The notes below the pieces were generated by a model. That model was not told the DNA's origin. It did no database searches and saw only the letters and a list, made by a program, of their open reading frames with translations. From the NCBI RefSeq assembly GCF_000621645.1, contig NZ_JHXR01000018.1:60001-92000 (forward strand): 32,000 bases of DNA. Reading direction: 5' to 3'. Positions within the stretch are counted from its first letter, which is position 1, and the number at the start of each line of letters is the position of its first letter. Positions 30,975-32,000 of the stretch are shown here, piece after piece. The position numbers and the translations under genes are program-made. The DNA is from Vibrio cholerae ATCC 14035 (GTDB lineage Bacteria; Pseudomonadota; Gammaproteobacteria; Enterobacterales; Vibrionaceae).

Positions 30975-32000
30975 CCGCTACCTCCATAGCCAAGTAACTG
31001 AGTGGCTCGCATGACTCGCTGGCTGGCATCAACTTGTACTCCGCATCTACAAAATCGGCAAAAGCAGAACTCAACGCTTGTACTGCAAGGCTAGGATCCG
31101 GTGACTCGGTAATAGCCCGCACCACTGCAACCGCCGTGACGCCACAATCGAGAACATCGCGAATGTTTCTGCAATCAATACCACCAATCGCCACCGTTGG
31201 AATGCCATGTTGTCCTTGGTGAGGCATTTGATTAACCAACCGCTGATAGGCGGCCAATCGCACTAGCCCTTGTGGTTTTGATGGCATCTGTTTAGTGGTC
31301 GTGGGAAAAATGTGCCCAAGGGCGATGTAGCTAGGCTGTATTCCTGCGGCTATCAGTAACTCATAATAACCATGCGTCGAAAGCCCCAATCGAATACCTG
31401 CATCTAATAGCTCGGTTAAATTCGCACTCGTCAAATCCTCTTGACCAAGGTGCACACCATAAGCCTGATGCTTAATGGCTAATTGCCAATGATCATTTAT
31501 AAAAACCTGTGCGTTGAATTCACGACCTAACGCGATGGCTCGGATAATCTGTGCTTCCAAATCACCCTGCTTAGGATCTTTAATTCGCAGCTGAACCGTT
31601 CTAACACCGAGCTTCAGAAGATGCTCAATCCAATTCACATCATCCACTACGGGATAGAGATTAAATTTTGCTTTATCAATCGTTGGAAATGCTCTGGTGG
31701 TTAGAAATACTTGGGTAGATAGAGAGCGAATGTTAGATTGCACTGCAGGGAAACGCTCGAATTGCGTTGGCCATGTTTCACGTGAAACGCTATCCCCTTG
31801 AGTGATTGCCGCTCTTGCAATGCACAAACCATCTCCAATCGAAAAATCTAAGGTCAACGTAGCTAAAACCCAAGCAAGATGCTGATTTACCTTACTATTT
31901 AATCGATGGTTCTCTGATGGATAAACAATAAGTTGCTCTGCAGCATGCCCATACTGCCACTTATCCAGCGTAAAACCATATTCATCATGAAGACCTACAG
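30961..32000 (-). CDS. thiE: Thiamine-phosphate synthase ThiE with an N-terminal extension, 5'-partial (frame stays open to the right window edge)
   Basis: The TMP-synthase domain starts around 'FNLYPVVDDVNWIEHLLKLGVRTVQLRIKD' and runs through 'GLSTH', 'IALGHIFPTTTK' and 'VAIGGI'. I translated the minus strand by hand from 31857 to 32000 in the same frame and found no stop codon. The TTG at 31857 listed in the ORF track is therefore probably internal. Confidence 0.85.
   Translation of the reverse strand, partial: VGLHDEYGFTLDKWQYGHAAEQLIVYPSENHRLNSKVNQHLAWVLATLTLDFSIGDGLCIARAAITQGDSVSRETWPTQFERFPAVQSNIRSLSTQVFLTTRAFPTIDKAKFNLYPVVDDVNWIEHLLKLGVRTVQLRIKDPKQGDLEAQIIRAIALGREFNAQVFINDHWQLAIKHQAYGVHLGQEDLTSANLTELLDAGIRLGLSTHGYYELLIAAGIQPSYIALGHIFPTTTKQMPSKPQGLVRLAAYQRLVNQMPHQGQHGIPTVAIGGIDCRNIRDVLDCGVTAVAVVRAITESPDPSLAVQALSSAFADFVDAEYKLMPASESCEPLSYLAMEVADAHR

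Noticed and set aside
31858-32000. The last 143 nt might be the 3' end of thiC rather than part of thiE.
   Set aside because: The thiE reading frame continues without a stop through this stretch. The translation shows none of the Cys-rich ThiC C-terminal features I would expect. An out-of-frame thiC overlap cannot be fully excluded without sequence beyond the window.

Overview
This is a dense, roughly 90% coding core-chromosome segment of a Vibrio-type gammaproteobacterium. Gene order and protein sequences look like Vibrio cholerae chromosome 1 near the origin. From memory this is roughly the VC0062-VC0094 interval, which I cannot verify here. Left to right the genes are: ubiA (5' end cut by the window edge), plsB, lexA with two SOS boxes, a SAM-methyltransferase-like gene, dinF, a di-haem cytochrome c peroxidase, tatC-tatB-tatA, ubiB-ubiJ-ubiE, rmuC, a DMT/EamA transporter, a yhiN-like flavoprotein, uspB, ftnA, uspA and a second DMT/EamA transporter. 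These are followed by a small basic Cys-containing ORF, rsmJ, a membrane PAS-GGDEF-EAL protein, asnC, and a 94-aa protein that resembles only the H-NS oligomerisation domain (probably TsrA). The right end holds a divergent MFS pump / LysR regulator pair, an M24 aminopeptidase-P-family protein and the thiamine operon thiH-thiG-thiS-thiF-thiE, with thiE running off the right edge. I saw no rRNA or tRNA genes, CRISPR array, transposase, integrase, phage genes or obvious compositional island. I could not find a convincing new multi-gene system, so the window reads as conserved housekeeping and regulator DNA. The leads worth a second look are small-scale. (1) A methyltransferase-like gene sits inside the lexA-dinF operon, with a perfect 12-bp hairpin over its ribosome-binding site and first ATG. 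(2) A LexA-box-like dyad lies upstream of rmuC. (3) The TsrA-like protein has no DNA-binding domain. (4) A 129-codon Lys-rich CxxC ORF has unknown function. (5) An identical 14-bp palindrome occurs twice in the thi locus, next to a tandem 11-bp repeat. (6) thiE has an N-terminal extension. (7) An intrinsic terminator lies 19 nt upstream of the yhiN-like start. Several ORF-track starts appear over-extended and were trimmed using Shine-Dalgarno spacing and remembered homolog N-termini.
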